DNA of 64,000 nucleotides, the filler included, from Pirum gemmata (Eukaryota), in assembly GCA_002812295.1 (NCBI GenBank). It is 14 parts of 14 records of this genome, joined end to end, with 100 filler letters (N's around TTAATTAATTAA, not from the genome) between each part and the next. Parts side by side here need not be neighbours in the genome. Positions count along the whole stretch, not along the records: positions 36,116 to 41,082 come from PDIN01001259.1; positions 41,183 to 45,534 come from PDIN01001260.1; positions 45,635 to 49,937 come from PDIN01001261.1; positions 50,038 to 55,468 come from PDIN01001262.1; 10 more parts are not named here. One strand, 5' to 3'. The first letter of the stretch is position 1. Every line of letters starts with the position of its first letter. The position numbers and the translations under genes are program-made. The notes under the pieces were generated by a model that was given only the letters and a program-made list of their open reading frames with translations, did not search any database and had not been told where the DNA came from. This document shows positions 39,801 through 53,880 of the stretch, one piece after another.

Positions 39801-40756
39801 GGATTGCTCTTACGGTATTAGGGAGCGTTCAAATAATACGTCACATCAAGGGGTAGGTAGGAAATTTTAACGTCAAGGGGTAGAATATCAGATAGGTATT
39901 TGAAGCTAGACTATATTTTACCTGACAAAAAAGAGTGCCAAATTAATACAATATAAATCCATTTCATTTAATTTGGTATATTTTATTATATATATATATA
40001 TATTTAAAAGTATCAATTCAAATATTATAAGCAACCAAATAAATATTCAGAGTGACAAAATAAATGAAAAGCACAATATTAGACTATTATAAATTTTTTA
40101 TTTGGCTGTGTTGTTTTTTAGGAATAGAATTATTATTATTATAGTATTATTATTATTATTATTATTTTTGTTATAAATAACTATGATTTCTTTTTTAGTA
40201 CGATTTCTCCATCGGGCTTCAATTGGTTACAATATGCATAATGCATGGTAGACATTGGTAGTCTATAAATATTTTTTCTGAATATTTTTTTATCATAAGG
40301 GAGCCCAAATACTACGTAACGACAATTTCTGGTCAAATACAGCTTCAAATACCCCTATCTACCTACCCCTCAACGATAATTTCCGGTCAAATACCACCTA
40401 CTTACCCACCCCTTGACGTGACGTATTATTTGAACGCTCCCTAATAATACTTTGGAAGTTGTAACTACTTTGGACTCCGAATATTTGTTTGGTTGCTTAT
40501 AATATTTAAATTGATACTTTTAAATAAATTAATATATAATAAAATATACCTAATTAAATGAAATGGGTNAAACAACAACAACAAACAACAACAATAACCA
40601 ACAACCAACAACCAACATCCAACCAACAACAACAACCAACGATCAACAACCAACAACCAACAACCAGCAACCAGCAACCAGCAACCAACAACCAACAACC
40701 AACAACAACCAACAACCAACAACCAACAACCAACAACCAACAACCAACAACAATAC

Positions 40757-41023
40757 CAAATTTTGATACTGTAGAAGCAACATTCTTTGCTAACTCAAGA
40801 TACGCTGGTGTTCGTAGTATCTCATAACTTTTAGTCAACATCATCAACACCCCTGGGGCACCATGGCAAAAATGAACCAAATTCCCAGAACAATTATATT
40901 TAGAAGACCGAAAATTACCGTTTTCAGTTTGCATCGAAATAACAAAATCAATCGTTTTTTCCACTTTCTTTTTTTGATTTGTCTCTAAAACCGACCAATT
41001 GTTTAAAAAAGCTTTGATAATGC
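40757..41023 (-). CDS. LANCL: LanC-like protein (LANCL/GCR2 family) internal exon
   Basis: QTENGNFRSS...LVHFCHGAPGV...AYLELA...VSKFG matches the LanCL (W)CHGAPG zinc-ligand motif; TAG acceptor, G|GTATTG donor, 267 nt. Confidence 0.8.
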
Positions 41024-41050
41024 CTAAATATAAAAAATGTAATTATTGAT

Positions 41051-41082
<32 letters not shown>

Positions 41083-44000
41083 NNNNNNNNNNNNNNNNNN
41101 NNNNNNNNNNNNNNNNNNNNNNNNNNTTAATTAATTAANNNNNNNNNNNNNNNNNNNNNNNNNNNNNNNNNNNNNNNNNNNNTAGCAATATAATAATACA
41201 GTAATTTATCATCACTAATAATAACAAAAAGAAATTATTTTTTAATCTATTGTAATAATTACACACCATTTTTTATAATAGCTTATAGACCCCAATTCTG
41301 CTGATCGATATAACATAAATAATATATTATAAAAAATTATAATTAAATTACAGTTCCCAGATTCTACATAGGAGACTCTTTATAAGTCCGGGGACTTCTG
41401 GGGTCGGTTAAAATTAATCAATCTTGCAATTGAAATTAATTTTTAAAAATCAAATATAAATAGTAATGACTTTAATAAAATATCATAGTATACGAAGTGT
41501 ATACGACACCAGTAATAATAAGTGTAATAATAATGATAAGACTTTGGTACTAGCTACTAGCTACTAGACTATTTGTAAAAAAAAAAAAAAAATTATATAT
41601 TTATACAATATACAGCAGAATATCAGTCATATACTACCAGTATTATAATATATACTGTCAATGTAATTAAATAGTAAATAGACAGTTATAGCCCTACTAT
41701 CAGATACATTATTGAATCATACAGTGAGAAGACCGGCTAGCCAAACACTTCCAAATCATAACTGAATCTATAGACTGTTAGACTCTGTTAGTCTATCTAT
41801 AGATATCTATATAGTCTATATAATATTATATATATCAAAGGATAATATTTTTAAAAATGATATTATGATATCTATATACGGATAATATACCCGACTACCT
41901 GGTAGAGACTTCTATCTAGAGACTTCTATACTGTGTTTATCATTTTTATAAATAACTAGCCTCTTTTTCTACTAGCTAGCTAGAGCCTAGAGCTAGCTAG
42001 CTTACCCAGTGCTTACCCTAAGTTCCCTAACCCTAACGCTATTTGTTAATTAAACCCTAACCCTAATCCTATATTTAAACTATGATATGCTCATATCATA
42101 ACTGATCATAACCCTATCAAATAGTAGACCTCTACACTGTCTACAGTCCTCTACAGTCCTCTAGCTAGCTAGCTAGACGGGGTTTACTTAATTAATAGTC
42201 TAGCTTTTTTTAATTAAGACCTGTGCTACTAAGGCTGCTAGCTAGTAGTAGTAGAGCTGGGAGCCATATTTTAATTATCATAGTCTAAAGAAACGACTTT
42301 CTAAAGAAGAAGAAACGTTGTCGATTATTTATGTAGTAAAATAACAAAGACTCCGAATTTCTTTTTCCTGGGGTCTTTGAGTGGTCTTTGAAAATTTATA
42401 AACAAGAATACTACAAGAATGTTATTTATCAAAAAAAAAATTTTTTTCTTGAACTCCTTGAAGAATCCCAAGAACGGTTGAAGAAAACTCGAAGAACCCC
42501 TCCCCTGTTTTAATTAATTTTTAAAAGAAGTTAAGAACCCCCAGGAAAAATCCTAGCTAGAGTAGTCTTAGAACTGCTCTTGAAATAAATTTATCATATA
42601 TATTACATATATATAATATATATAATATAATTAATTAGAAGTTTAATAGACTAATGAATTTTAAATTTATATTTTATACACTTTTTATACTATCAAGTCT
42701 ACTTTAGCTAGTAGATCAAGTCTATTATATCGATATACATACCAACTTACATACCCTTAGACTCCCTTAGCAACGATCAATAACGCAATTTACTCTACTA
42801 AGCTAACAATTTACAAAAACGTTATTTTATAAATTATAAATACAGTATTAGACTTTGAGTCTTTGACTTGGATGACTCCTCTTTATTTTTTTTTAATATA
42901 TTTACTCTTTTAAAAAAAATAATTTTACCGCTTTGGGAATCGCTTTGAAACAGCTAGACTCTAGCTAGCTAGGTAGCCTACTATCTGCTGATAATATTAT
43001 ATTTTTCACATAATAGTACTAGTACATAATATATTGTGCTTTTCATTTATTTTATCACTCTAAATATTTATTTGGAGGGTTATAATCTTTACATTGACAT
43101 TTTTAAATCAATACATAGATATTGAAATATACCAAATTAAATTAAATGGATTTATATTGTATTAATTTGGTACTATTTATTGTATACTTTATGATTACAA
43201 AACAACTGAAAAAAGCACGATATATTAATAATATAAACAAAATTTAATAAATAAACTATGTAAGTGTTATTATATTTATCGCCGCATGTACTTCGTACTT
43301 AACTGTAGCTAGCACTATAGTAGTAGTTAGAGAGAACATTACTTACCACAACATTATTACATTGGCATTACTACACTCTAGCTACAGCCTAGAGGTCATC
43401 CAGATAACTATAATATAATGATGATAATACTGCTACATATTGAAAAGAAAACAGTAATTGATCCTATAGTGTTGTCCGGTTCAAAAACTGAAATAAAAGT
43501 ACCAGATTATTATTATGGTTTTAAACTATCAGAAATGTTTTAATAATTGGGTATTTTATAATAAATGTTTTTTTTATTTTATAAATAAGTTCAATTTTAC
43601 ACTTAAAAACAGTACCAAATTAAAGATTGAGAGGTCAACTGTAATGAAATAAACGATAATTATTATAAAGATTAGCTACTACCATGCCTACTATTTTTAC
43701 TACTATCCTAGTAGTGTCGTACCACACTATTGATACCACCACCACTACTACTAGTCGGAGTCCTACTCCTACTACTCTATTATAAGTTAGTCAAAATGCG
43801 AGGTAAATAAGATTAAAATTAAAATTATTTATATATAATAATAATATGTATTCTAAAGATTCTAAAGTGAAAAAAATAATTCAAGTTTCTTTCTATATAG
43901 CTAATTCTATATATAGCTGCTGTTTCAACTTTCAAGTGGTTTATATCATAGCTTGCTTGCTTGTAAGTTATCATTTTGATAATATTATCATAGGTCTAGA

Positions 44001-44756
44001 GAACATCATCCAAAAAAAAAAAAAAAAAAAAAAAAAACAAAAAAAACACCAAAAAATAAACGAAAGAATTTGGAAGGCAAACAAAAAAAAAAAAAAAAAA
44101 AAATGGAAACCGAAAAGACTCCGAAAAGTGATCGGAAGACTTTGGAAGGCAAACCAAAAGAAAAAATCGGTAGACCTCCCCGGTCTATGATACTAAGTCT
44201 GACAAAAAAAAAAAAAACACTTGTTGACAAACTAAAAAAATAAAATGTTTTTTTTTTTACCAAGCCGGAAAAAACGAGCTAAGAAAACGCCACACAAGCT
44301 CAAAAATCCAAAAATCTTAAAATGATCCATTTTAATTAGAGTACTACCAAATATTGAGAAATCGTTTAACTAAGAAAATTCTATTATGAACCAATGACTA
44401 GTTATTAAAAATAATTTGGCTAGTTAACATTAAATATTTTTATAAAAGAAGTCTAAAAAAAATGATTTCTACACTATTTCTACAGTTTTATCCTAGCTAG
44501 CAGTTTTATCCGGTTTGGCTGTTAAAAAAAAATAGACTAATAAAAAAAGTAACAAACGAAAAACAAAAAACAGAAAAAAAAACACCAAAAACAAAACAAA
44601 AACTTCAAAAACAAAACCCGATTTTGAAATCCTGAGACTTGGAGGCAGGAAGGAGTAGACTCGAGGACTTTTCTTGAAACGGCTTTCAAGAAAGTTGAAA
44701 CAGTGTTGCTCCTTAAATTTATGCATAAATAAATTTATTATATATATTATGTATAT

Positions 44757-44968
44757 TATCGTCTATTTCATTACACATTACAGTTGTCCTCTCAATCTTT
44801 AATTTGTACTGTTTAAGTGTATAATTGAGCTTGTTTATAAAATAAAACATTAAGTAAAAAATACCAAATTTTAATTAAAACATGTTTGATAGTTTAACCA
44901 TAATAATAATTTGGTACGTTTATTTCAGTTTTTGAACTAGTTAGACAACACTATTGAAAAACACGATA
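44757..44968. mobile_element. MITE family D (about 210 bp, imperfect TIR TATCGTsTwTTTCAwTA..GTTGTCC)
   Basis: Copies near 14450-14661, 15427-15563, 20729-20873, 30345-30537, 39590-39768 (rev), 43468-43658 (rev). Ends resemble family A (TGAAAAnCACGATA). Confidence 0.8.
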
Positions 44969-46100
44969 AATAGGAACCCTCTACCGGTAACAAAATTGAA
45001 AAATTGAGCCAACGACTTGATTGGAAAAAATCATATTTATATTTTTATTTATATAAATAAATAAATAAATAAATATTTTATTTATAATAAATAAAGAGGA
45101 AATTGTCTGTATAGTTAGTTAGTTCTCTCTGTACACTCTCTGTACATTGTACACTGCAGTATCATACATCATCAATATCATAAGTTCATAACCACTCTCT
45201 GTAGTTTACAGCAGGAGACAAAAAATAAAATAAAATAAAGCTGCTGGACTGCTGCTGGCCGCCAAAATTGGTTCCGAAATCTACTGATAAGAAAAAGATA
45301 AGAAAATAATTTATAAGAAAAAAGTCTATGTAGTAGAGAAAAAAGAGTGAAAAAAGTCGAGTAGAGAAAAAAGTCTAGTCGAGAAAAAAGTCTAGCTAGC
45401 TAGCTAGTAGCTGGCTAGAGTAGAGAAAAAAGTCTACTAGCTAGCTAGACCCAGAGCGGTTCGTTCCGACGAATAATCAAATCCGATTCCGTCCGTCCGA
45501 CTTGCTCTGTTCTCCGATCCGTCCGAATGTTTTTNNNNNNNNNNNNNNNNNNNNNNNNNNNNNNNNNNNNNNNNNNNNTTAATTAATTAANNNNNNNNNN
45601 NNNNNNNNNNNNNNNNNNNNNNNNNNNNNNNNNNACTTTTCCGATTTTATGGTTTTATTACTATTAATGTTAATATTATTACTTTAATTGGTATATACTA
45701 TAATTAGATTTACTCTTTTAAGCTATTTAACGGCTATTATTAGTAAGGAACACGGAACTAAGGTTGGCTCGATAAGCATATCGGTACAGTGGTACTGACT
45801 ATTGAGTCTATTGTGGATGTGAAAACTTCAAATTCAAATTCAAAAAAATTCAAAAAAAAAAATAAAAATTACTTTTTTTGGAAAATACTATACTGATTTT
45901 ACTATTGGTTGGTAAAAATAGATATTTCTTTTTTGAATATTTTATTATTCAGTCCATTATTAAAAATTCCTTTGATTAGCTATTAGACTCTAAATTGAGC
46001 AAGAGTTCGGTTCGTTTCTTCTTATTTTCTTCTTTTAGTAATAAAACTCTTTTTTTTTTAATTTATTTATTTTATTATTATTATTAGACCTAGATTAGTC

Positions 46101-46434
46101 AGTAGGGGTGAGATGACGTCATTTTATTATTACCGAGCAGGTGCTGGAACTTTTCCAATTTTATGGGTTTATTACTATTAATGTTAACAAAAATACTTTA
46201 ATTGGTAACTACTATAATTAGATTTATTATTTTAAGCTATTTAACTGCTATTATTAGTAAGGAACACGGTAGTCGACTGTCGGCGTACTAAATCGTACTA
46301 GCTAGCTAGTCGACTCTACAGCCACTTTTAAAATACTGTATATGGAAAGATTTAACAACGCCAACTAAGGTTGGCTCGATATTTTTTAAAAGCATCTGTT
46401 CGAAAAAAGTTCCCATAGATATCTCACCCCTACT
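46101..46434. mobile_element. MITE family C (AG...CT termini, 8-bp TSD)
   Basis: TIR AGTAGGGGTGAGAT/ATCTCACCCCTACT, TSD GATTAGTC on both sides. Confidence 0.85.
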
Positions 46435-47500
46435 GATTAGTCCTACTAGCTAGATTATTATTAGACTATTATTACTCGACTATTTATTATTATTATTATT
46501 ATTATGATATTTTGGTCCTGGGAATGGGGAACGTGTCTATGGTTGTTTCGGTTGTTTCTAAGTCTCTTTCCCAAATTCCTAGTTATCTATCCGATATCCA
46601 AGGACCAAGATAACTAGACTATAACTAGCTCAGTTAAGTCTCAGTTATCAGTTAGCTATCAGTTATCAAAGCTATATCAAAGCTTCTAAAATTAAAAATT
46701 GACGCTATAGATAGGACTTATTTATAAATGATATAATTATAACTCTTCAATATTTAGGTGGAGTATATATGATAGTATATTTATTATTTTTTATCATGAT
46801 ATTATGTAAGTTTTCTTTTTTAAAATAATGACATAGTACCAGAGTATTTATACCATAAACGCAGACCATAAATGATTCAGTCTTTCTTTTATATCATAAA
46901 AATGCATTCTATGAGTATTCTATGGCAAATAGCTCTAGTAGCTAGTAGTAGGTAGAGGGCTAGGTAGAGGGTACTTGAGTTAGCATCATTGTTACGCGCA
47001 ATAATACGAACTTCGTACAGCAAATCACCAAGACCCCAGGATCCTGGGGTCTTTGGCAATCACCCAAAAACAATGCTGTTTGGTTCTCCGAAGCCCGTCC
47101 CGCAGTTACCAGTAGTGGTGAAGCTAGTGGTGAGCTGGTTTATAACGTATTATTATTATCTGGTAGACTAGCCTAGCTAGGGCAGAGTCTACATTGACTC
47201 TGCTCTACAACCTATCAAATAAATATTCAGAATGACAATTTTTGCTAGCTCTAGCTAGTAGCTATCGATAGCTAGCTAGTAGCTATCGATAGTTAGCTAG
47301 TAGCTGGTGGTCTCTAGTAGTTCTAGTAGCTATGATAGCTAGTAGGGTGGTCTCTACTAGCTCTAGACTACTACTATCATACTCTACCTACCAGTATCAA
47401 TATCATACTATCATACTAGCTAGCTAGCTAGACTACTACTACTCTACCTACCAGTATCAATATCATACTAGCTAGCTAGCTGTGTCAAGTTGTTATTATT

Positions 47501-47915
47501 GTGCTTTTCAGTTATGTCGTCATAAAATATCAAAATCAAATATACAATAAAGAGTACGAAATTAATACTATGTAAACCAATTTCATTTAATTTGGTATAT
47601 TTTATTATTTAATTTATTTATTTAAAAGTATCAATTTAAATATTATAAACAACCAAATAAATATTCGGAGTGATAAAATAAATGAAATTTAAAGGCACAA
47701 TAATTTTAAACCACTGTCGGATAAAAAAATTATCGTGCTTTTCATTTCTTTTGTCACTCCGAATATTTATTTGGTTGGTTATAATTTTTTAACTGACATT
47801 GTTAAATGAATAAATGGATAATAAAATATACCAAATTAAATGAAATGGATTTGTATTGTATTAATTTGGTACTATTTATTGTATATTTTATGATGACAAA
47901 TTAACTGAAAAGCAC
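47501..47915. mobile_element. Two adjacent, oppositely oriented MITE family A copies
   Basis: 47501-47698 and 47735-47915, reverse complementary to each other. Confidence 0.8.
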
Positions 47916-48250
47916 GATAGAAATATTTTTTTTTAGACTTTTGTAGACTAGAGAGAACTGAGAGAGATAAGGGCGTTCAAATAATACGTCACGTCAAGGG
48001 GTGGGTAGGTAGGTGGTGTTTGACTGTAAATCAACGTCGAGAGGTAGGTAGGCAGGGGTATTTGAAGCTGTATTTGACCAGAAATTGGTGTTACGTAGTA
48101 TTTCACTGTATTTGAAAGCTCCAAAGTCAGACAGTTTCTGAAATTTTGATAGTTGGAGAAACGAAACTGTTGGAGAATTTTGGAGAAGTTTTCGTCAGAT
48201 TTTGAGATATGGAAGATTTTGCAATTTTATCCGACATTATTATTATCAGG

Positions 48251-48289
<39 letters not shown>

Positions 48290-48721
48290 ATAGTCCTAGC
48301 TTCGGATAGAACTGGGAAAGAGTTTTATAAGGAAGCCACAGCTTTTTTTGGGTTTCTAGACTGTTTCTAGCCAAACAAAGCAAGCTTTTTGTAATTGGGA
48401 GCAAGCCAAAAAGCCCAGCCAAAAAGCACTCCAAAAAAGCTATGATTTATAATAATATATTTTTTAAAATGATATCATAATGTATTATTTTGATGTAGGT
48501 TTGTCATTCTAGTACTATGATACTAGCTAGCTATGATAATATAGTGCTTTTCATTTATGATATTTTGTCACTCTGAATATTTATTTGGAGGGTTATAATA
48601 TTTAAATTGAAACTTTTAAATAAATATATAGATAATAAAATATACCAAATTAAATTAAATGGATTTATAATGTATTAATTTGGCACTATTTATTGATGCC
48701 AAAATAACTGAAAAGCACGAT

Positions 48722-49700
48722 ATAGTTTACAGAACTGTTTACAGGTTTGTTTATCGATATGTTCAAAGATTTTTAGTTTGACTTCTAGTCTAGTGGAAAT
48801 TCTTTGGAACAGTACAATTAGACCACAATTAGCTAAGGGCAATAGATTGACATTGAAAAGGCTGGGCTTTCGAGTCTCGACATCCACTGTCTTGTTTGCC
48901 TTCTTTGGGGTAGTATACAAATGTGACGTTTTTTTGTATTGATTCTTCTATTTTTAATTATCTCTTCCCATTCATTTTGTTCTATATTCCAAAGGTTGTT
49001 TAGGTTGTTATCATTAAAGGTTTTCGTTTTGAGGTTTTATTCAATGTTTTTTATACTACTTGTCATGATCATTAAATTTTGTAGATTCCAACTATTTGGA
49101 GGTATTACTAGTGGTTTGGAACCTTGAGCATAATATTTCTATTAATATTTTTATTTGTTTCTTCTTTACAAATATTTTTATATTGTTGTTGTATTATTGG
49201 GCTAATATATATCGTAAAATTCGTAGTTAAACTTAACGTTGTTGTTATTTTGATGGTTGTATGCTAGTTTTAATAATCATTCTGTGTTGTTTTGTATTGG
49301 GATCATGTTTTGTAGAGGTTCTATTGTGTGAATTATCCATGTTGGTAATAATTTATTGTTGTTTTTGTTGTGAATAATGTTATGTATTTGAGATTTTGAT
49401 TGTAGTTATGATGTGGTTAGTTTGTGAGTAAGTTGTAGTTGCTGAGGAAGCAATATGACCGGCAAGATTTGTTGTGATTGTTATTTGTGTTGCATGTGAA
49501 GATAATATGTTGAAATTTTTTAATAAGGTTGGCGTTTCTCCTTGTTAATTTTAAGAGGTAGATCATGTTGATGCCTCCTTTGTTTTTGTGCGTTTTGATA
49601 TTGTTTTGTGTGAATTGGTTGGTAAAAAATTTAGGTTGTGATTTTTTATTATAGGGTTGAAACTTGAAAGGCCAGCGTTGAAATAACTTATTTTGTATTT
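48722..49700 (-). mobile_element. Possible decayed non-LTR retrotransposon fragment
   Basis: Strong A/C strand bias on the minus strand. Broken frames give KISYFNA..., KGGINMI (APE-like) and TPKK...KPSLFNV...ISTRL (like RT IPK...RPISLLNV...LANRL). Many stops. Confidence 0.35.
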
Positions 49701-50037
49701 ATATAAAGCATTATTCAAACGATTTTATAGCGCTAGTAGCCTCTAGCTAGCTAGCTAGCTAGCTGCTAGTCTCTAGCTTCTAGCTAGCTAGGCAAAAAAC
49801 CTATATAGTATGATAGGGCAAAAAACCAGGTAAAAAACCAAGGACTTCAAAAAAAGAACCTTGGAAGTTGGAAGTCCTTGAAAAAACACATCAAAAACTC
49901 TAGCTAGCTAATAATAATAATAATAATAATAATAATANNNNNNNNNNNNNNNNNNNNNNNNNNNNNNNNNNNNNNNNNNNNTTAATTAATTAANNNNNNN
50001 NNNNNNNNNNNNNNNNNNNNNNNNNNNNNNNNNNNNN

Positions 50038-51192
50038 CAACAACAACAACAACAACAACAACAACAACGGTTGTTAGAAAATAACAATAGACAGAAAGAA
50101 ATATACGATAGAGTTAGGTTAAATAACCATTTAATAACATCCATGCAAGACCAACAGATATTGAAAAATGAGCGTGATGAGCTTTCTCAAAGTTGGCCTC
50201 TTTATCGTTATATCCAATCTTATGTTCAAAATTATGGAGACCAGTTCAATTGTCCAACTAGTAAAATACACACTGCTTTGAATTTAGTTAATTTTTTGCA
50301 GTTAGTAACTACTACTAATCCTAATTTTCAAGACCACGTGTCTGTTTGTTTTTCATTGATATATGCCAACACGGTTATATCGAAATTTAAAAAGGCTAAA
50401 CAACCGTTTTGCCATCATTGTTTATTATCAACTTGTATGCTCATTGCTTCCAAATATATTGATGACACTGGTGTTAGTTTAAGTGCGTGGGCCGAAGTTT
50501 GTGATATGCCCACCAGTTATATGGTGAGGTTGGAAAAGGGTGTTTTGAAAGGTTTAGAATATAATTTATTTGTTAATTGGTCTTCATTTAAAAAATTTAC
50601 AGAGACTTACAACAATGATCCTTATGTGAAATCAATGAAAATGCAAAATGACCAACCACGATTGCAACCGCAGCCATCCCCACCGCCACCGCCACAACAA
50701 CTACCACTACACCTATTACCACCCCAGCAACCTCAACCACAACAACAAGTACGAAAACAACAATCATTGCCCAATAGCCACAGTAGCGGTAATCTTACTG
50801 ACTATAGTACGGAGTTTAGCAGTAACGACAGTTTAACCTTACATTTTGCTGCCCAAAAGCCTGTTAATTTTAATGTTTATCAACACCAACACCAACATAC
50901 ACAAGCAAACCAATTTCAGTATAATATGTATCAAATACAACCACCACAGAATAATGTGCAACAACAACAATATAGTAGAGAACCACAACCACATAAAATG
51001 GCATTAGGAAAAAGCATTTCAGTATCCCCAAGCCATTATATTCGTGGTGATTATAGAATTAGTAATGCGAGTATTTGTAGTCGTCCTGGTAACCAAGGTT
51101 ACACTGTTAGAAAATCTTCCCCGAAATATTCCCCGCATAGTTGTATTAATATGCTATGGGTTCAGAAAGCGGGTTTACTTTCCCTTTGCTGA
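50038..51192 (+). CDS. Pho80/PCL-type cyclin with Q/P-rich low-complexity tail; 5' end runs into the spacer (first ATG at 50143)
   Basis: LLSTCMLIASKYIDDTGVSLSAWAEVCDMPTSYMVRLEKGVLKGLEYNLFV is the Pho80-like cyclin box. The frame is open through a CAA run to the contig start. Confidence 0.85.
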   Translation, partial: QQQQQQQQQQRLLENNNRQKEIYDRVRLNNHLITSMQDQQILKNERDELSQSWPLYRYIQSYVQNYGDQFNCPTSKIHTALNLVNFLQLVTTTNPNFQDHVSVCFSLIYANTVISKFKKAKQPFCHHCLLSTCMLIASKYIDDTGVSLSAWAEVCDMPTSYMVRLEKGVLKGLEYNLFVNWSSFKKFTETYNNDPYVKSMKMQNDQPRLQPQPSPPPPPQQLPLHLLPPQQPQPQQQVRKQQSLPNSHSSGNLTDYSTEFSSNDSLTLHFAAQKPVNFNVYQHQHQHTQANQFQYNMYQIQPPQNNVQQQQYSREPQPHKMALGKSISVSPSHYIRGDYRISNASICSRPGNQGYTVRKSSPKYSPHSCINMLWVQKAGLLSLC

Positions 51193-53439
51193 TTATTAAT
51201 TCTTTTCTCTGAAAGAAAAAAAAATAAGACAGAGGTTTAAACTTTTAGGGATGTTCCTATGATATTATCAATTGAACGCAGTTCCCGCCTTAACCACCAT
51301 AACCATCATTCCCGTCATAAATAGTGGTTATAATTGTTATATTAATTATTTTGCATAATACATTGATATTATTATGCAAGTAAATCAATAGATTTTTTAA
51401 TTTTTTAAAGTTTTTCTTGTTTTGTAATCCGTTTAGTAAACACTATAATATTATGTAGTTTTATTTATTATTTTTATTATTATTTCCTTTCAAAATAATA
51501 AAATGAAACAATCAAAACATCTAAATTATTCAGACCAACACAGTCCTTCTACATAATACTAGTATGACTTTATTATTATGTAATGGCATAATTATATTAT
51601 AATCATCACAGCAATCCTCTAACTCGAATTCAAAGAGTCACATCAATAGTTCCCCGTAAAGTTTTTTTTTGCTATCATAGTTTTTTAAAAACGAGATTAA
51701 TTTTAATTACTTTGTAGACGATGATCAATTATACGATAATTAATATTTTTATTAATACCATTTAATATTAACATAATTAATATTATATATACAGAACCAT
51801 AATCATTTCGTAGTAGGAACAGGATCGATGGTCTAATCGAATATATTAGTATTTGAATATATTCGATCATACATTAGTATTAGCTATAGTATAATTATAT
51901 AGTATAGTAATTTATATTAATATTATATCATATTTCATATATATAGTATTGTAGTACGAGACTAAATGGTCTAATCGAGTATTATTAGTAATCGATTGTA
52001 TTCCTAGACACCCCGCTATACAATGTCATGGACATGGATGCGCGAAGCGTTCAAATACTACGTAACGCCAATTTCCAGTCAAATACAGCTTCAAATACCC
52101 CTACCTACCTACCCCTCGACGTTAATTTCCGGTCAAATACCACCTATCTACCTACCCCTTGACGTGACGTATTATTTGAACGCTAAATCGTGATAATATA
52201 GAATGCTTTTTATTTATTTTGTCAACCTGAATATTTATTTGGTTGGTTATAATATTTAAGCTGACATTTTTAAATGAATAAATAGATAATAAAATATACC
52301 AAATTAAATGAAATGGGTTTATATTATATTAATTTGAGTTTAATTTGGCACTATTTATTGCATATTTTATTATGACAAAAGAAAAGCGCGATATAGTCTA
52401 GACTAACTACTACGGTATCTGAATAATCTGCTAGATACTTTTGTGACCTTTTCTTTTTTAATTAATTAACTCGTGATGGAATAAATATAATTCAAACATT
52501 TTCTTTTTTAAAAATTGACTTTGCAAAATATTGCAAAATATTGCCAAAATCCACTCTAAACCATATTTTTATATAAATAGTCTATTTGAGGGGGCAGCCG
52601 CGCAAAAATATTCTTCATTTGTGGAAGAGCTCCTATGTGATATATTATATCATATTATGTCTATTATGAATTTATGATGTTTTTGTTGTAATATAGCAGT
52701 AATATAGCTCGATAAAAATTATAGATTAATGACGTCACTTTTTAAACATACTTTTTTTCTAGATTGCCATTTTAATGGCTCAGATTGCGATCTGAAAGCT
52801 TAAATTTTATCTGATAGGTCAGAAGGTGGGGTCTGTGTTGTTTTTATGATGAATACATTAATGAATTTTTCTAAACTCTATATATTATTATATATAGATA
52901 GCTATATAGATACACTTTTAAAAAATGATAACAACCTCAACAACCATCTGACAATCAAATCATTAACTTATAGACTACCAAAGTATTATGAAACAAATCA
53001 ACAAAATACAACTTTAATTTAACATAATATGATGCTAATTGTAACCTACTAGTACTGCATGCTCCTCCTGTTTTATTAAGAAAAACAGGAACTCTTTGGA
53101 AAAGTACCTAGTACCTAGGTAGTCTAGTTAGCTAGTATCATAGAAAAAAATAATCAAAAACTGCCAAAAAAAAATTAAAAAGTCACTAGTAAAAAGTCAC
53201 ATAATAATGGATATAAGCTTGTATTATTGTATATTAAAACCCAAAGAGAACCAATAAAGCAGGGGCGTCAAAGAAAAAACCTTTCCAATGTATGCTAGCT
53301 AGTTAGTAGAGTCACTCAACCAGAAGTTTTTTAAAATTAAACTAAAAAATTTTGAACAAGGCCAACTTTCAAAACTAGACTGACTCTCCTAAATCAAAAA
53401 ATTACTATCATCGATAAAAGTATGAATCCCAACATAAAC

Positions 53440-53690
53440 GACAACTCCAACAACATCCATAACAACGACTACAACGCCATAATATTAGGAACAAAAGTTA
53501 AAAACCACTATTTCTACAACAAATTTTTAAAAGAACAATACAAATTGCTAATCATAGACTATATAATATGGTATTAATATTATTATGAAAAGTACAACAA
53601 GTAAACCGAACGACAGCCGAACAGCAATCAAATCATTAAAAAACTTAGTCTAGACCCTAGCTAATATTTTGAACCAAGTCAACAAACTAT
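53440..53690. repeat. Dispersed A/C-rich repeat (acaacgactac...gaaaagtacaacaag...aatcattaa)
   Basis: Related segments near 12400-12740, 39170-39260, 52930-53090, 62480-62700. Confidence 0.65.
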
Positions 53691-53700
53691 CCATGATATC

Positions 53701-53880
53701 GTGCTTTTCAGTTGTTTTGTCATCGTAAAATATACCATAAAGAGTACCAAATTAATGCTATATAAATCCATTTCATTTAATTTGGTATATTTTATTGTCT
53801 ATTTATTCATTTAAAAACGTCAAATTAAATATTAACACCAACCAAATAATATTCAGAGTGACAAAATAAATGAAAAGCAC
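53701..53880. mobile_element. MITE family A (about 180 bp, TIR GTGCTTTTCAkTTrTTTTGTCA), representative copy
   Basis: Near full-length copies at 10638-10816, 15012-15172, 15191-15376, 20963-21143, 22330-22508, 24456-24685, 31347-31526, 37443-37623, 43036-43218, 47501-47698, 47735-47915, 48544-48718, 58497-58642. Partial or degenerate copies near 14160, 19660, 19940, 20380, 21200, 36395, 36920, 39935, 40475, 52200, 55360, 58955. Confidence 0.9.
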
